A stretch of 63,811 nt of DNA, filler included, from Choristocarpus tenellus KU-1152 (lineage: Eukaryota; Protista; Phaeophyceae), in assembly GCA_964200185.2 (NCBI GenBank). It is 9 parts of 9 records of this genome, joined end to end, with 100 filler letters (N's around TTAATTAATTAA, not from the genome) between each part and the next. Parts side by side here need not be neighbours in the genome. Positions count along the whole stretch, not along the records: positions 7,710 to 14,532 come from CAXNAD020007268.1; positions 14,633 to 19,697 come from CAXNAD020011989.1; positions 19,798 to 39,849 come from CAXNAD020000421.1; 6 more parts are not named here. One strand, 5' to 3'. Position numbers and translations under genes: made by a program. The notes under the pieces were generated by a model that ran no database searches, was not told the origin of the DNA, and was given only the letters and a program-made list of their open reading frames with translations. Positions 12,853 through 25,118 of the stretch are shown in pieces (within the stretch, counting starts at the first letter, position 1; every line of letters starts with the position of its first letter).

Positions 12853-14395
12853 GTGGTATCAGCGAACATCCAAGAGGTAGTCGTATGGCTACTAGAACGA
12901 CCCCAGAGGACCAGCAGGCGTAGGGAGGCCCCTGAAGAGGACCCTAAATCCCGCCAGGAACGCGCTGCAGCTCTGGGTCACCACCATGGAGAAATTTCCA
13001 AGGGGGCGAGTGTGCTCCTAGCTCAACCCAGAACCCTGGGGATGGAGGAGACTTTCAGTGTACTGGTCCCCAAACACCCGAGTGAGAACCAGAACGAGCT
13101 TAGGCAGGCCATCACAGACGCAAAAGACAGGGCACAAGGGAATTCAAGATCTGGGGAACAAAGGTACTGCCCCCCGGAAGGGGAGTACACCCACACCTCC
13201 CTTCGAACAGCCTTCATGAGGGCTACCAGCAACCGCCACCACCAGGCCCTGACGGGATGCGCCCTAGCCATATCAGATCCGCCATCACGACAGATGTTGG
13301 TAACGAAGAAGTGGCGGAGGCGTTTGCAAAGCTGTGGAAGCTAGCTTACACCTCTCCGGACTCTCTACCCCTAGAGTTCTGGACACTTCACACAAACTCC
13401 AGACTGTCCGCAATTGGGGAGAAGTGTCGCCCGAGAAATCTCCTTTTCCCCCTGGACGAGGGAGGGATGAAGACCCTGCCATCAAGATCAGGGGCACAAC
13501 AGGGAGACCCACTTGGCTCTCTCTTATATTGCAATTCAGCACACTAGGCTCTTCGACAGGCCCAATCTGTTTTTGGACCCCAAGGGATTTCCTCCCGAAG
13601 CTACCTGAACGTCACATCCATATCAGCAAGGGAGATCAGCCCTAGCACCATACCTACTTTCGAGCAGTTAAAAACTGACCTCCACGAGGTAGGCATTGAC
13701 CTGAATATGGACAAGATCTTTGCCACACCTCCCCAGGGCCACCAACCCATGCCCTCTGAACTGGAGCTCCTCTCTGCAGCGGGAATCAACCTAGCCCAGA
13801 ACCCCAATGGGTTTGTCACATTAGGGGCCCCTGTGGGAACAGATGGCTTTAACCAAGCCCATATGGCTGGGGTGATCAAGAGCTCTGGGACACGAAGTTT
13901 GGCCACACACCTCAACGAGATGGAGGGCAAACAGGTGGCCTGGCTCCTCAACTCCTGGTCCCTCTCCTCCCGCCTAAGCTATCTTGCGAGGGTCACTCCC
14001 CCCCTCCTAGCACGCTCCGCCATGGAGCAAGCAGACAAAACCTCACTATGGACACTAGAGAGAATAATGGAGGTGGAAGACTCAATAGAGGCGACAGATT
14101 TCTTTAAGGGAGAGTGCAACAATGGGTCTCTCCGCCTAGAGACCCACCAACAAGTACAGGCACAGATGCCCACAAGTGCGGGGGGTCTGGGCCTCTTCTC
14201 TATGAAAGACCGCCAACATGCGGCTTTCATAGGATCACTGGTGGCTACTCTCCCCACCCTCCTAGCAAGGCAGCAAGGGCCTTATGGCGAATCCTTCTCA
14301 CAAGCTGTCTGCACGAGCCCCACAGTACAGGCTTTAGGATTGTCCACATTCACTCCCTCCTTCCCATAGGTATCCCTTCAGAAGACCTTGCAGAA
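12853..14395 (+). mobile_element. Degenerate non-LTR retrotransposon RT (CRE-like, RLE group)
   Basis: Frameshifted motifs PGPDGMRPSHI, GEKCRP, GAQQGDPLGSLLYC, GIDLNMDK, GFVTLGAPVG, RLSYLAR and QMPTSAGGLGL. Interrupted by MITE family B at 14396. Confidence 0.8.
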
Positions 14396-14532
14396 GGCTC
14401 AAAGTATCTGGGGTGGGGTGGCGGCTGTCCATTTGGGATCAATTTTTTCATATCTCGATATTTGGGTGATTCGATTCCATACGTCGGATGGATAATGTAA
14501 ATGCACTTTTCCTGAATTTGGTCAAATGGACA
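14396..14532 (-). mobile_element. MITE family B, cut by the gap
   Basis: GGCTCAAAGTATCTGGGG..CTGTCCATTTGGG.. is the reverse complement of the 10247 copy. Confidence 0.85.
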
Positions 14533-14632
14533 NNNNNNNNNNNNNNNNNNNNNNNNNNNNNNNNNNNNNNNNNNNNTTAATTAATTAANNNNNNNNNNNN
14601 NNNNNNNNNNNNNNNNNNNNNNNNNNNNNNNN

Positions 14633-14685
14633 CACATAATCCACCAGTGGTGTCTATAGTGTATCAGCAGCACTATCAACGAACA
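14633..14685 (+). mobile_element. 3' fragment of LTR family 2 at a contig edge
   Basis: TAATCCACCAGTGGTGTCTATAGTGTATCAGCAGCACTATCAACGAACA matches the end of 6076-6365. Confidence 0.6.
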
Positions 14686-15611
14686 CCTTACATCCTATCA
14701 GAGGAGGTAATTTAGACAGTGTTGACGGCTTACCCTCTTGACTTTCTTGTGTGTTTGCATCCTTTAGCAAATCTGGACGCAGGAAATATCCGTATTCGGT
14801 AGGACTGTATTCAGACTCTGGTACTGACTTCAATTACATCTGTATGAAAACGAACCTATTTTCACTTCAAACGTCTGCCCTACCCCTATGTTTCAAAGGT
14901 GGGAAGGAGATTACTGTTGAAGAATGTGGAGAAGGGTGATGTCTTCCTCAAAATTGTCTAAGGCTCGAAGGTTGTTGCCCTCCCCAAAGGATTAGGAGGT
15001 GAAGTCAAGCAAGTGTAAATAAACGTATCATGACATGATGATAGGGACCAGCGATAGAGGAGCAATGAGTTTTTTGTTTGTTTGCTAGTTGAACAAGAAC
15101 CGCCAGACCTCCAATTGGATATAGTAAAAAATGCCCTGGTGTATTGCCACGCAACCCCCTTTCCCATACTAAATGGTAAATAACATTAAGAGGTCAATTG
15201 CCTAAGATAATCAGCACCATGCATGACAATGGTACGATAGTGTTTTTCACACTTACAGTGCTTAGTATTTTTCACATTTACTTGATTTCTTTAGGGCTTA
15301 TACTGACACATGCATAGTTTTCGTTTGTTTCCCCCTCACACATCTGCAAAATGCCAGAGGTCATAATAATAATATAGCGGAGGGGAAGAGCACAACTCGT
15401 ATACGCTGGACTCAATTGTGAATGTTGCACACTTCCATACAAAAATCCCTAACGAGTTTTCCCTGAGGACCATTGTACGTGTTTTAAAATACATTTTTCA
15501 TTTTTCGAGTTCCCGTAACCCATATAACACACACAAGATACATGACCATCTCTGCTCCTGACATCCATTCGCCACACTGCTCCAGATTTGAGGCGTGCCA
15601 CCTGCGTTGTC

Positions 15612-16650
15612 ATGGCGCCAGGCAACACCCCTTGTGGGGTCCATGACACGGATGATGTATGGGCCAAGCTGAGGGGTTCGCTCAACGGTCTTCCCTGCTT
15701 CTGCGCCCAGGGGAGGGGGTAGTCACTTTTATGCTATGCTGGAGGGGAACTCCAAGAAAGATAAACACTTTTCACGTGTGCTGTCCAAATTTTGTGATAA
15801 GTTCTGGACAGAAGGAGAGTGTGCGGAAGAACGGGATGGGGGACTTAACGGCACTCTCAACGCATCCGAGGGTGTCCAGGTCTCCCATGTTCGAGTGTAT
15901 ACCGGCAGTGACGTCAGAGAGAGCGACTTGCGATCCTTTCCGAGCGGGTGGGATGATGTGAAATGTGACATGGAAGAAATGGAAGAAACACCCACAGGAT
16001 CTCGGATGACTCCAACACATAGTGTGAAGTCAGTCCTGGATGATGAGAGCGACGACAGATCTGCAGGAAGCGGAGAGGTTGATGTTGAACAGGTCGATTC
16101 ATACCGTTCATCTCCTCCTGGTAAGAGGCAAAAGTCTTCCGGGGGTGTTGTGAGTGTTAGGGATTCCGGATCTCTACAGGGCTCAAGTTCTGATAAACAC
16201 GTCCCCGCTCACAAGGGGAAAAGAACGCCTGTAACCCCCCCTGTAACCTTGCTGGAGAATACATTCTCTCCTGTACGTAGAAGTGGTGAGGTATCAGCCA
16301 TAAATACACCATCCGATGTGAAGGGGAGTGATGTGGACTTGGCGGACAGCGAAGATGAATTGCCCATGTCCGAGGATGGTAAGTTTAACATCGGAATGAC
16401 AGATCGATTCCTTGAGGCTTGCGCTGAGGAACTCCTCCGCTTGGCAAACCTATCCTCACCACCATACTATCGTGTGCAAACCTGTGTCCTTCAACAGGTT
16501 ATTCATGACTACGGATTTAGGTTGATGCGGGCTGGCAAAGCTGCAAAACTTCTTGTCCTGGACGATCACTGCTACGTGCACAAGGGAATCCTCGATGGCT
16601 TGTACTATGGTGTGGGCAATACCAAGGACGCTGTGTACGAAGGACATAGA
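15612..16650 (+). pseudogene. Intronless ~350-codon ORF of unknown origin (TE- or virus-derived?), frameshifted near 15715 and truncated by a MITE
   Basis: 312-aa ORF 15736-16674 with a Ser/Asp-rich disordered middle and a helical C-terminal part. The upstream frame MAPGNTPCG.. from 15612 is offset by 1 nt. The stop codon is supplied by the MITE at 16651. Confidence 0.45.
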
Positions 16651-16909
16651 GAGTCAAAGTATCTTAGAGGGTAGAGCCGTGTCCATTTGGGGGCCAAAAT
16701 CCAATGTTGTGATATTGATGTAATTTTAGCTATCATGTTTGTTACGAAGTGTCAATATCCTCGTTCAGGACACTCCTTTTCATAACATACACATTTTACC
16801 TACTCCGAAATATTTTGGACAAGAAAAATGTCATGAAAAACCCCGAGGGAAGCCAAGCCCCAAATGGACAAACAGGGCAAAATTTGTACCCTCTAGGATA
16901 CTTTTAGTC
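16651..16909 (-). mobile_element. MITE family A
   Basis: 259 bp with ~23-bp TIRs and TSD AGA. Inserted in ORF 15736. Confidence 0.9.
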
Positions 16910-17414
16910 AGAAGTACTCGCTGCGAGAAAAGCTGTGTTTCTCGGTCGTGTCGAGGCAGAACTGTGGAATGACAAGTACCCCTCCCCCCTAAATCTCTGG
17001 CATGTGTTGACAGAAGTTTACCCTAAGCTTATAGATTGATGGGGAAGGAAGGGAGGTGCGGCTTCACACATGCTCACAAGCTCAAGTAGATTTTTTTTGG
17101 TTTCAGGTCGAACTTAGAGTAAGTGTATTTTTCACAGACTTCATTCTTTCTGTTCCTTCCACAATGTGTCCAACGACCAGGTTTGCACGGTCTGGAGCAA
17201 AATTTGTAGACTCTGTAGCTGTACCTGTACGGCGTCCGAGTTTGCACGGCCTGGGGCAAATGTTTTAGATGTTGGAGTTTATAACTGTTGGGGTAACCCT
17301 GATTCAATAAAAATTCATAGAAACGTTCTCCCTGCTGTGAACTATTCAACTTGATCGAGTCGAATATGTACTTCTCTTACCCAAGAACCAGCTTTGGTTC
17401 AATATCTTGGTTTT

Positions 17415-17675
17415 GAGTGAAAGTATCGTAGAGGGTATGATTTTTGCCCTGTTTGTCCGTTTGGGACTTGGCTTCCCACGGGATCTTTTCATTATATTTG
17501 ACCTACTTCGAAATGTTTAGGAGTAGGTAAAATGTTAGTGTTATGAAAAGGTTTGTCTGGAACATGGATATTGACACTTCCTAACAAACACGATAGCCAA
17601 GATTACATCCATATCACAACATTGGACTTTGACCCCCAAACGGACGAAGCTCTACACTCTAAGATACTTTGACTC
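17415..17675 (+). mobile_element. MITE family A
   Basis: GAGTGAAAGTATC...GATACTTTGACTC; flanks TTT/TTC. Confidence 0.88.
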
Positions 17676-18066
17676 TTCTCATCTTTATTTAGGTATTTGC
17701 CACGTCTCTGCAAAGCACACACCTACTGACAAATACAAGTCTAGTATCCCGTGGGATAACACCTTTTGAGCCCCTAAACAGTTCTTCTTCTTATGCAAAG
17801 CGAGGTCGATAACCTTAAACACCAATCAATGTCTAACACAGCATATCGTCCTCATCACACCGTGAAGGTGAACGTCAGAATCCTTGTCATGTTTTCCATT
17901 CACTGTTATGGGGTGCTTTGGTGATCACAGGATAACACCGTTTGGGAATCTATAGTTTACAGATACTATACCTAGATACCCTCCATCAAACACACATTCG
18001 AAACTTGGCCTAACCCTTAGACCAAAGGAGGGTACACTTCGGTCTTACTTTCAATGATCGAAGACT

Positions 18067-18326
18067 ATGGATAAGTATCTTAGGGGGTAGAGTCACGTTC
18101 ATTTGGGGGTCAAAATCCAATGTTGCGATTTTGATGTAATTTTGACCATCATGTTTGTTAGGAAGTGTCAATATCTACGTTTCGGACACATCTTTTTCAT
18201 AATGTATACATTTTACCTAAATCTAAACATTTTGGAATATGGAAATGTCATAACAAAAGAAATGGCAGGCCAAGCCCCAAATGGACAAACAGGGCAAAAC
18301 TCGTACCCTCTAAGATACTTTCACTG
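18067..18326 (-). mobile_element. MITE family A (left end degenerate)
   Basis: Full internal homology to the other copies; ends TAAGATACTTTCACTG. Confidence 0.85.
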
Positions 18327-18611
18327 TTCTGAATGTTTCATACCAATATTTCTCGTAAACATTTAAACTTTGATGAAGCTTAATCGCTGTGCATCGTAGC
18401 TCTGGAACACATATCCTTTGCGCCAAACTGTCACATCCTTATATGCCAGCAAGTTTTATATACATCCAAAAATAGGCGTGCGTCTGTCAACAGGTTGTTT
18501 CCCTAATGGTTTCACAATTTTTACATAATGGGTTTCACCGTAGTGTCATCGGTCGAGGAATCGGTCACATTATGCCTAACCCTAAGTAATTAATGATTTA
18601 ATGACACTAAA

Positions 18612-18869
18612 GAGCCAAAGTATCTTTGAGGGTAGAGCCGCGTCCATTTGGAGGACAAAATCCAATGTTGCGATTTTGATGTAATTTTGGCGATCATGTT
18701 TGTTAGCAAGTGTCAATATCCTTGTTCCGGACACACCTTTTCATAACGTATACATTTTACCTACTCCGAAATATTCTGGAGTAGGAAAATGTCATAAAAA
18801 CACTGAGGGAAGTCAAGCTCCAAAAGGACAAACAGGGCAAAACTCGTACCCTCTAAGATGCTTTCTCAC
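18612..18869 (-). mobile_element. MITE family A
   Basis: GAGCCAAAGTATCTTTGAGGGTA...TACCCTCTAAGATGCTTT; TAA-like flanks. Confidence 0.88.
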
Positions 18870-19798
18870 TAATAGATGACTCCCTATTTCCCATACTTCC
18901 CAAGCCCACAGACATTTGCATACAAGCAGCAGGCACATGTGATGCATTGTTGATGCTACCCTTGTAACCAAATCGACCTACATCCGTGACATGACCCACC
19001 CCTCACACACATGGACAGTCGTCAACCCAACACACTAACCACAACACTATCCTCATGTGGACATACTCCAAATAATCAGAATATAGCCCCTCAACAAAAA
19101 ATTTCCTAACCCTCTCCACCTCCAGCATATCACTCACTAACCCCAACAAAGCCCCCCTGAATACCAGACTACCGACCAACCCCTAAATGAAGAACTTGTT
19201 GATGCCATACTCGACCATATTTAAATCGATTACACAATTTGAAAGCTCGATATTAAAAGTCTAATCAAGGGTTTAGAATTACTCATCACCGCACACCAAA
19301 AAATAAAACTACTCGTTTAACTCGAAATAATCTGACTAATTCTAAACCCTATTAGAGATGCTTCTTCACTATGGATGTAGTCATTTGTTCACCTCACGAA
19401 GCACGAAGCACCAGTTAACCCTAATGAATGACATTTTTTTTCAAACTTCATACACAAAAGCACGCGAAAATGGGCACTTCACCATATACCTAAACCAGTC
19501 CCCAACCATTCTTTTTATTAATTCAAGTCCAAATTCAAAAATCCTCAAAGCAGTGACAGCCTATTTTGCTGGACTTAAGCTTACCACAACTATAACTAAG
19601 TGTAATCCACACACATATCTACGAAACACACCTTTCCCCCACACATAAGCAAGTTACCCAAAAATCGCGATATGGTAAAATGGACCCCAAATAACCCNNN
19701 NNNNNNNNNNNNNNNNNNNNNNNNNNNNNNNNNNNNNNNNNTTAATTAATTAANNNNNNNNNNNNNNNNNNNNNNNNNNNNNNNNNNNNNNNNNNNNC

Positions 19799-22700
19799 CT
19801 CCACGATGTCAATATCTGCAAGAGTGAGCTGGACTTTCTGTAGGGCGCCACGTATTGCCTCAGCTGGGCCAATACCCATAATTGATGGCTCACACCCCAC
19901 CTCGTGCCATGAGACCACTCGTGCTAGGGGGTTTAGGGCATTGGGAGCCAGGGAACTCTCACCAGCAACTATCAAACTGGATATATAGTAAACATTAGTG
20001 AGATTGTGTCAGTTTATGTTTGCTTATATGGAAATCTGTAATGCATGTTTCAACTGCAACATGATACTTAGACTCAGGGGAAGTGCACTCTGCTTGAAGA
20101 ATTTGTCAAGCAGAAAGACCAAACTTATGCAGCGAATATTTTGCTTTTCTACATCTTTCACTCCCAACTTCACACAACACTCAAAAATGAAGGAAATAGA
20201 TCAAGAACTAGCTCGAAAAGCAATGGAGGCTAAAATGATGGGGGAGTTAGAATCTAAACCACAACTAACGTTGTGGAAGCAAGAACTCCACACCTGCCAG
20301 CACCATCACATATTCCTGAAGCATTTCCTGCTGTGACTACACCATTTTTCTTGAATACTGCTTTGAGTCCAGCCATCTTCTCTTCGGATGCATCCAGACG
20401 TGGGTGTTCATCTGTGTCAACAACCTGAAAATGGGTGCAGGGTGGTCAAGATTGGGTCAATTAGGATGTGGAGGATGGAGAAAAAAGTGAACAATATATT
20501 TTTCAACTGCAAGTTATGATCTGGTTAGTATTGTGCAGTGTGAAGTACTTCCTGGTGATAGCAACTTCTCATGATATTTGCAAGGTGGTGAACAATTAGA
20601 GAAATATGCAAACTTTTGTGTATTTGCGTATGTAGAGGGTGTGTATTTATTCTTCGAGAAACAGTTGGGAGTTGGAAGATGAGATACTATACTGGGCACA
20701 ATCAAATAGGTTGTAGAACTGGCAATGGAGGTATATGGAGCATGCATACTATACACACTTCATGGGGCTAATATGTGCTGATTTGAATATAAATAGTAGT
20801 TCAGAAACAAAACATTAAACACAAAAGAAATATGATAAAGTGGCCCCCCTTAGGCCGGCCACTCTGCTTACAAGCAAACAAAAATAAGCTCAACCCCTTA
20901 CTATTCCTTTACATGAAGGGAGATCATGTGGCGCCCTGAACCCCTTTATTTCATGTTTCCATGCTTCTAGGTTACAATTTGAATACTACTGCACAATAAT
21001 TGCATACTGCAGCACAATATGAAGTGTTTGACAAAAAGGAGTAACTAACTATTAAATAAATGCCTCAAATTTTTGTCACCTTTGGACCCTTCTTGGTCTT
21101 GATCTCCACAGGTGCAGTCTCTTGTGTAAAGGCACCACAGGCATGTCCTGATGCCCACAGCATCTGTGACCGTACTGCATATTTATCACATTCCTCCCTT
21201 GTTACACCATACTGGATGTTGAAGTGACGTGTAAGAGAAAGGGGTTGCCCAGGTTTTAAAATTGGCTAGAGTTATCTACAAAGTCACCACTGTGCACTCA
21301 CTGTGCAGGGTCAATTGATTTCGAACAAAATACGATCTGAGTTGAGCCCTCCCATGGAAAACTGAACCATGAGGGTCCTGAATATAAAAAAACAATGATT
21401 TGCTCCACCCTCTCCCCCTGAAACACAGAACTGGCATGGATCACAATGCAGGTGCCTTGATATGTGTGTTTATCATATGAGCCTTGCAAACGTTTTCTGT
21501 GTTCTTTCTCTGATGTGTGCATTGATATAAAATAATGTGTATTGTTGGACAAACCTGAGCTGCAAGGTTCTCAGCAGTCATTCCCATTGGAAGACCAGCA
21601 TGTGAGTCTGTGAGGCCAGCCCAAAGGCTATCCTCCATTTGCATGCCGCTTCCCAAAGCCACCCCCCACCTTTAAGAGAAGGCAACAAAATGATACTAGC
21701 ATAGGCAATAAAGGAGTAAACGATTTCAAGCTTCATAGCATCCCAACAAACAAAGACAAGAAAAGGAATGTCACATGATAACTGTACGACTCAATTAGTA
21801 ACTCCATATTTGGCATTCCAAATGCTGTTGCGAGTAGAAAATGATGTTTGACCCATGTCACACTCTATGCAGAACAAGGTACTCAGTTGGTCCAAAACCA
21901 ATGTTTTAAACTACTTCTTCCATTTCACCATTCTGCTTTCAGTCATCGCAAAGCCCCCCCAATTGTGAGGAGCACTTTGTCTCTATTCATTGATGTATCC
22001 AAGGTGTGGGATACCGTGAATTTCACATGGGGATGGTATTGACCGCTCTTCATCGTGCTCTCTACTAGAATTCTCTCAATTTTGTTGATTTTGGCCAGCA
22101 ACTCAAAACATGGGCAACACATTGCACCCAGGTTTCTGAGACCAAGGGCAGCTGCTTGGTCAATCCAAATGCGTCCTTCAGTTACTTGGCCTCACTCAGA
22201 GTGCAATTTCACCAAAAAAGTCTACCGTTAGCTCTTTGAAGTAGTGCTGAAGTAGTGCATAAGTAAAGAAAAACATTTGTTCTTAAGTTGCCAAGTTCAA
22301 CTCATTTGAGTCTCTTTCATATCCTGCCTGAAATTTTGCCAACACTCTACATATTGTAGTGATGTAGTAAATACCAAAGCCTGTGTAGTCATCTCTCTAC
22401 TGGATATAAGTTAACGTAATGTGTTGCCTATTTATCCTCCTACATTTTCCCTTTATCTAACCAAGTTTTGAGAGAGCGACATTTGGTGAACACTTGAGTG
22501 TCCACCAGACAAGAGTTTTAATATAGCCAGCACTCATCTCACTTATAAGAAAAGTATGTATCCTCGTCATTCAACAGGCACGTATACTGGTGGACACTTT
22601 CATATGTCAAATACAGTTTTGAAGAGAACTCAAAACAGATACCTTAGTGAATGATCTTTTCAATCCAGGAATCAGGATCAAACATCCATTGCTATCCATG

Positions 22701-24742
22701 CTCCGTACAAGGTGGAGTGTGGGTGGTAATTTTGGGCAGGTTCTAGATCAACCTACGCAAGCCTTTGATGAACTCTAAACCTATCTGTCTAGGGCACTAG
22801 AATATTTCTTTTAGGGTTTCTATGGTTTACTGCACAAAATGGCAAAAGTTGAGCAGGTGCACATTTGAATGCTTCTCTGATATTTCTCCTTGGCACAGTA
22901 GAACTTTGCCTTGTGCACATGGTAGGATCATACTAATGCAATCAGCAAAAACACCACTTTATATTAAATATCATATGGATGGGTTGTGTCCACCAATTGT
23001 GGCTCATGGTACATTGAGAGAAATACCCAAGTTACTCTCCAATATATTGGAGAATATTTTGACATTTAGGTTTGACTCAACTCTGATTACTGCCCTCTAG
23101 AATAGTGACCAAAGAGGGGTATTTTATCAGTTGGGTCAAAACCTTATTACTTTGTTTCTTCAAATATGACACACGATACAGATGCCACAAAGGTATTGGT
23201 GTAATATTTTAGGTGTGGCAGTCGGGAGGGGTTGTGCATCATGGCTTTTGAACGATGCTTGTACCCTCATGGTAAAGCATGCAAAGTGTCACCATTCCTT
23301 CTGATTGAAAACTTTGAGGTCTTTGGCCAAGTTTCACGAACTACTGAAATGAATTGTGTGGAGCTATTTCTGGAGATCTAGTTGAGTTGGTAGGAGGGAA
23401 TAGGTGCTCTCAGTGGTGGCCATGGTGACTGCGGGCTACTTGGGGGGGGAATGTTGTTGGCAGATAATATTTTGGGGTGTAAAATCCATGCATCACTATT
23501 TTTATGTTCACAAAAACTTTTGTGGCTCTTGAGAATGTCACAAAACTCGCTTGAGGAATTGAGTGAGACACTCAATTGAAGTGTTGTTGGGAGCTGAAGT
23601 GGCACCAAAATCTGTATAAACTAGAGATAAAATTACCTTGAGTGTATCCCACTGACAACCAGTGGCGCTGCACTCATGTTTTCAGTTCCTGCACAAAGCG
23701 TAATAGACGCCTTCCCCAGCTGAATTGCCTCCGCGCCCTGGAGGTCATATGAGTAAGGGAAGGATATTTCGAGGACAAATGTAGAATCAAATGTTGGCGT
23801 TGTTTGTTAATCTTTGTCCACAGCTTTGGTGCAATGGTCTTGACACTTTACTAGTTCAATTAGGGAATGCTTGACCATGGTGGTGCCTGCGAGTTTCCTC
23901 TTTACCTTCAATGACTGTAACCCGAATACATGGATGGACTTGTCTTACATGTACATTGTAGGTGGGGGGTCATGAACTACATGTCCAGAGGAACAACGTA
24001 GACTGGTGTGACACACCTGAACAATAGCCTCAAAGCCACTCCCACAGAGACGATTGACTGTAAGTGCTGGGGATTTGATTGGTGCTCCTGACTTGAGCGC
24101 CACATGACGGGCGAGGTAGCACGCGTCTGGACTGGTGGCAATAGGGAAGGTGAGGAGGAGGATGGGTTTAATGGTAAGTGATAAAAGATCCCTAGATTTG
24201 ACTGAGCTTCTATGGAGAGTATGAGTCAGGTTAGGGCTTTGGATTCCCGATTGTGAAAACTGACCTCGACTGAATAACGTTTCCCACAAATGTGGCGTCG
24301 ATTTGGCTTCCATCCAACCCCGACGCCACCAGCGCAGCCTTGGACGAAACAACAGCCAGCTCTGTTGCGCTGAGAGGATAAGGGGCTACAAACGTTAAAC
24401 TCGGACGGGCTGTAGCATCTAGATGGGGAAATCGAACATGGTACATAGCGCTCTAGTAAATTCTGTGTAAACTGTCGATGTACACAAGATAGCGCGCTCA
24501 CTACAGGAGGTGTAGCTATATAGAAGGAGAAGGGAATCACCCACATAAAAATCATGCAATGAGCGGCTTTTCTTGGGATCATGAGTATATACCGAACGCG
24601 ATGTGGTAAGGAAGTCAAAGTAACATGTATGCAAGGCAATAGATATATACATTGAGCCTTGCCTTACTCTCGAGAGGGAACCCCCGAACGACCCGAATGG
24701 AGTGCGTTTAGCTGCCACAATGAAGATCCCTCGTGAAGCCAT
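19799..24742 (-). CDS. ACAA2: 3-ketoacyl-CoA thiolase (ACAA2-like acetyl-CoA acyltransferase), 8 exons visible, 3' end lost in the gap
   Basis: Exons 24742-24663 ([26 protein letters not shown]), 24369-24265 ([20 protein letters not shown]), 24131-24017 ([24 protein letters not shown], catalytic Cys motif), 23737-23637 ([15 protein letters not shown]), 21669-21555 ([17 protein letters not shown]), 21211-21080 ([16 protein letters not shown]..), 20424-20294 ([23 protein letters not shown]), 19976-19799 ([30 protein letters not shown]). Splice phases are consistent; intron 1 is GC-AG and the others are GT-AG. Confidence 0.93.
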
Positions 24743-25118
24743 ATTTTCCCTATCCACAGGTAAATGATTGAGATGTGGGTTGAGGACAGTTTTCTTGGCA
24801 AGGAACTTCAACTTGGGGTTAATCGTTCAACGGGAACAAATAGAGAGACATTTGTCATAACAAGGCGTTTCGTTGTGAATATTTTTCATCAACAGTCTAT
24901 CATTTTTGAACTTCAACCCTTTCTATCTGTCCATTCTCAAATATTTGTAACTTTAGTTGAGTCTGTTGACAAAGAAGGATTTGGGTTCCTCTCACATACT
25001 TCGTTGGTACGATCGTACCAAAATTGTGTCTATACTACATTTGCATCTTAGGGTTGTAGCACTGTCGACCCCTCATTGCTCGAACCACCAATAATTTGTG
25101 TACACACAAAGCTCTCCC
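24743..25118. promoter_or_regulatory. Putative bidirectional promoter between thiolase and SENP8
   Basis: The divergent ATGs at 24742 (-) and 25119 (+) have only 376 nt between them, and the surrounding region is CpG-rich. Confidence 0.6.

Noticed and set aside
16739-18366. Similar short ORFs (..DTPFHNIHILPT.., ..PNGQTGQNSYPLRYFH) recurring here and at 46422, 54382 and 63590 as a peptide family
   Set aside because: They are chance translations of MITE family A copies, with inconsistent starts and stops.
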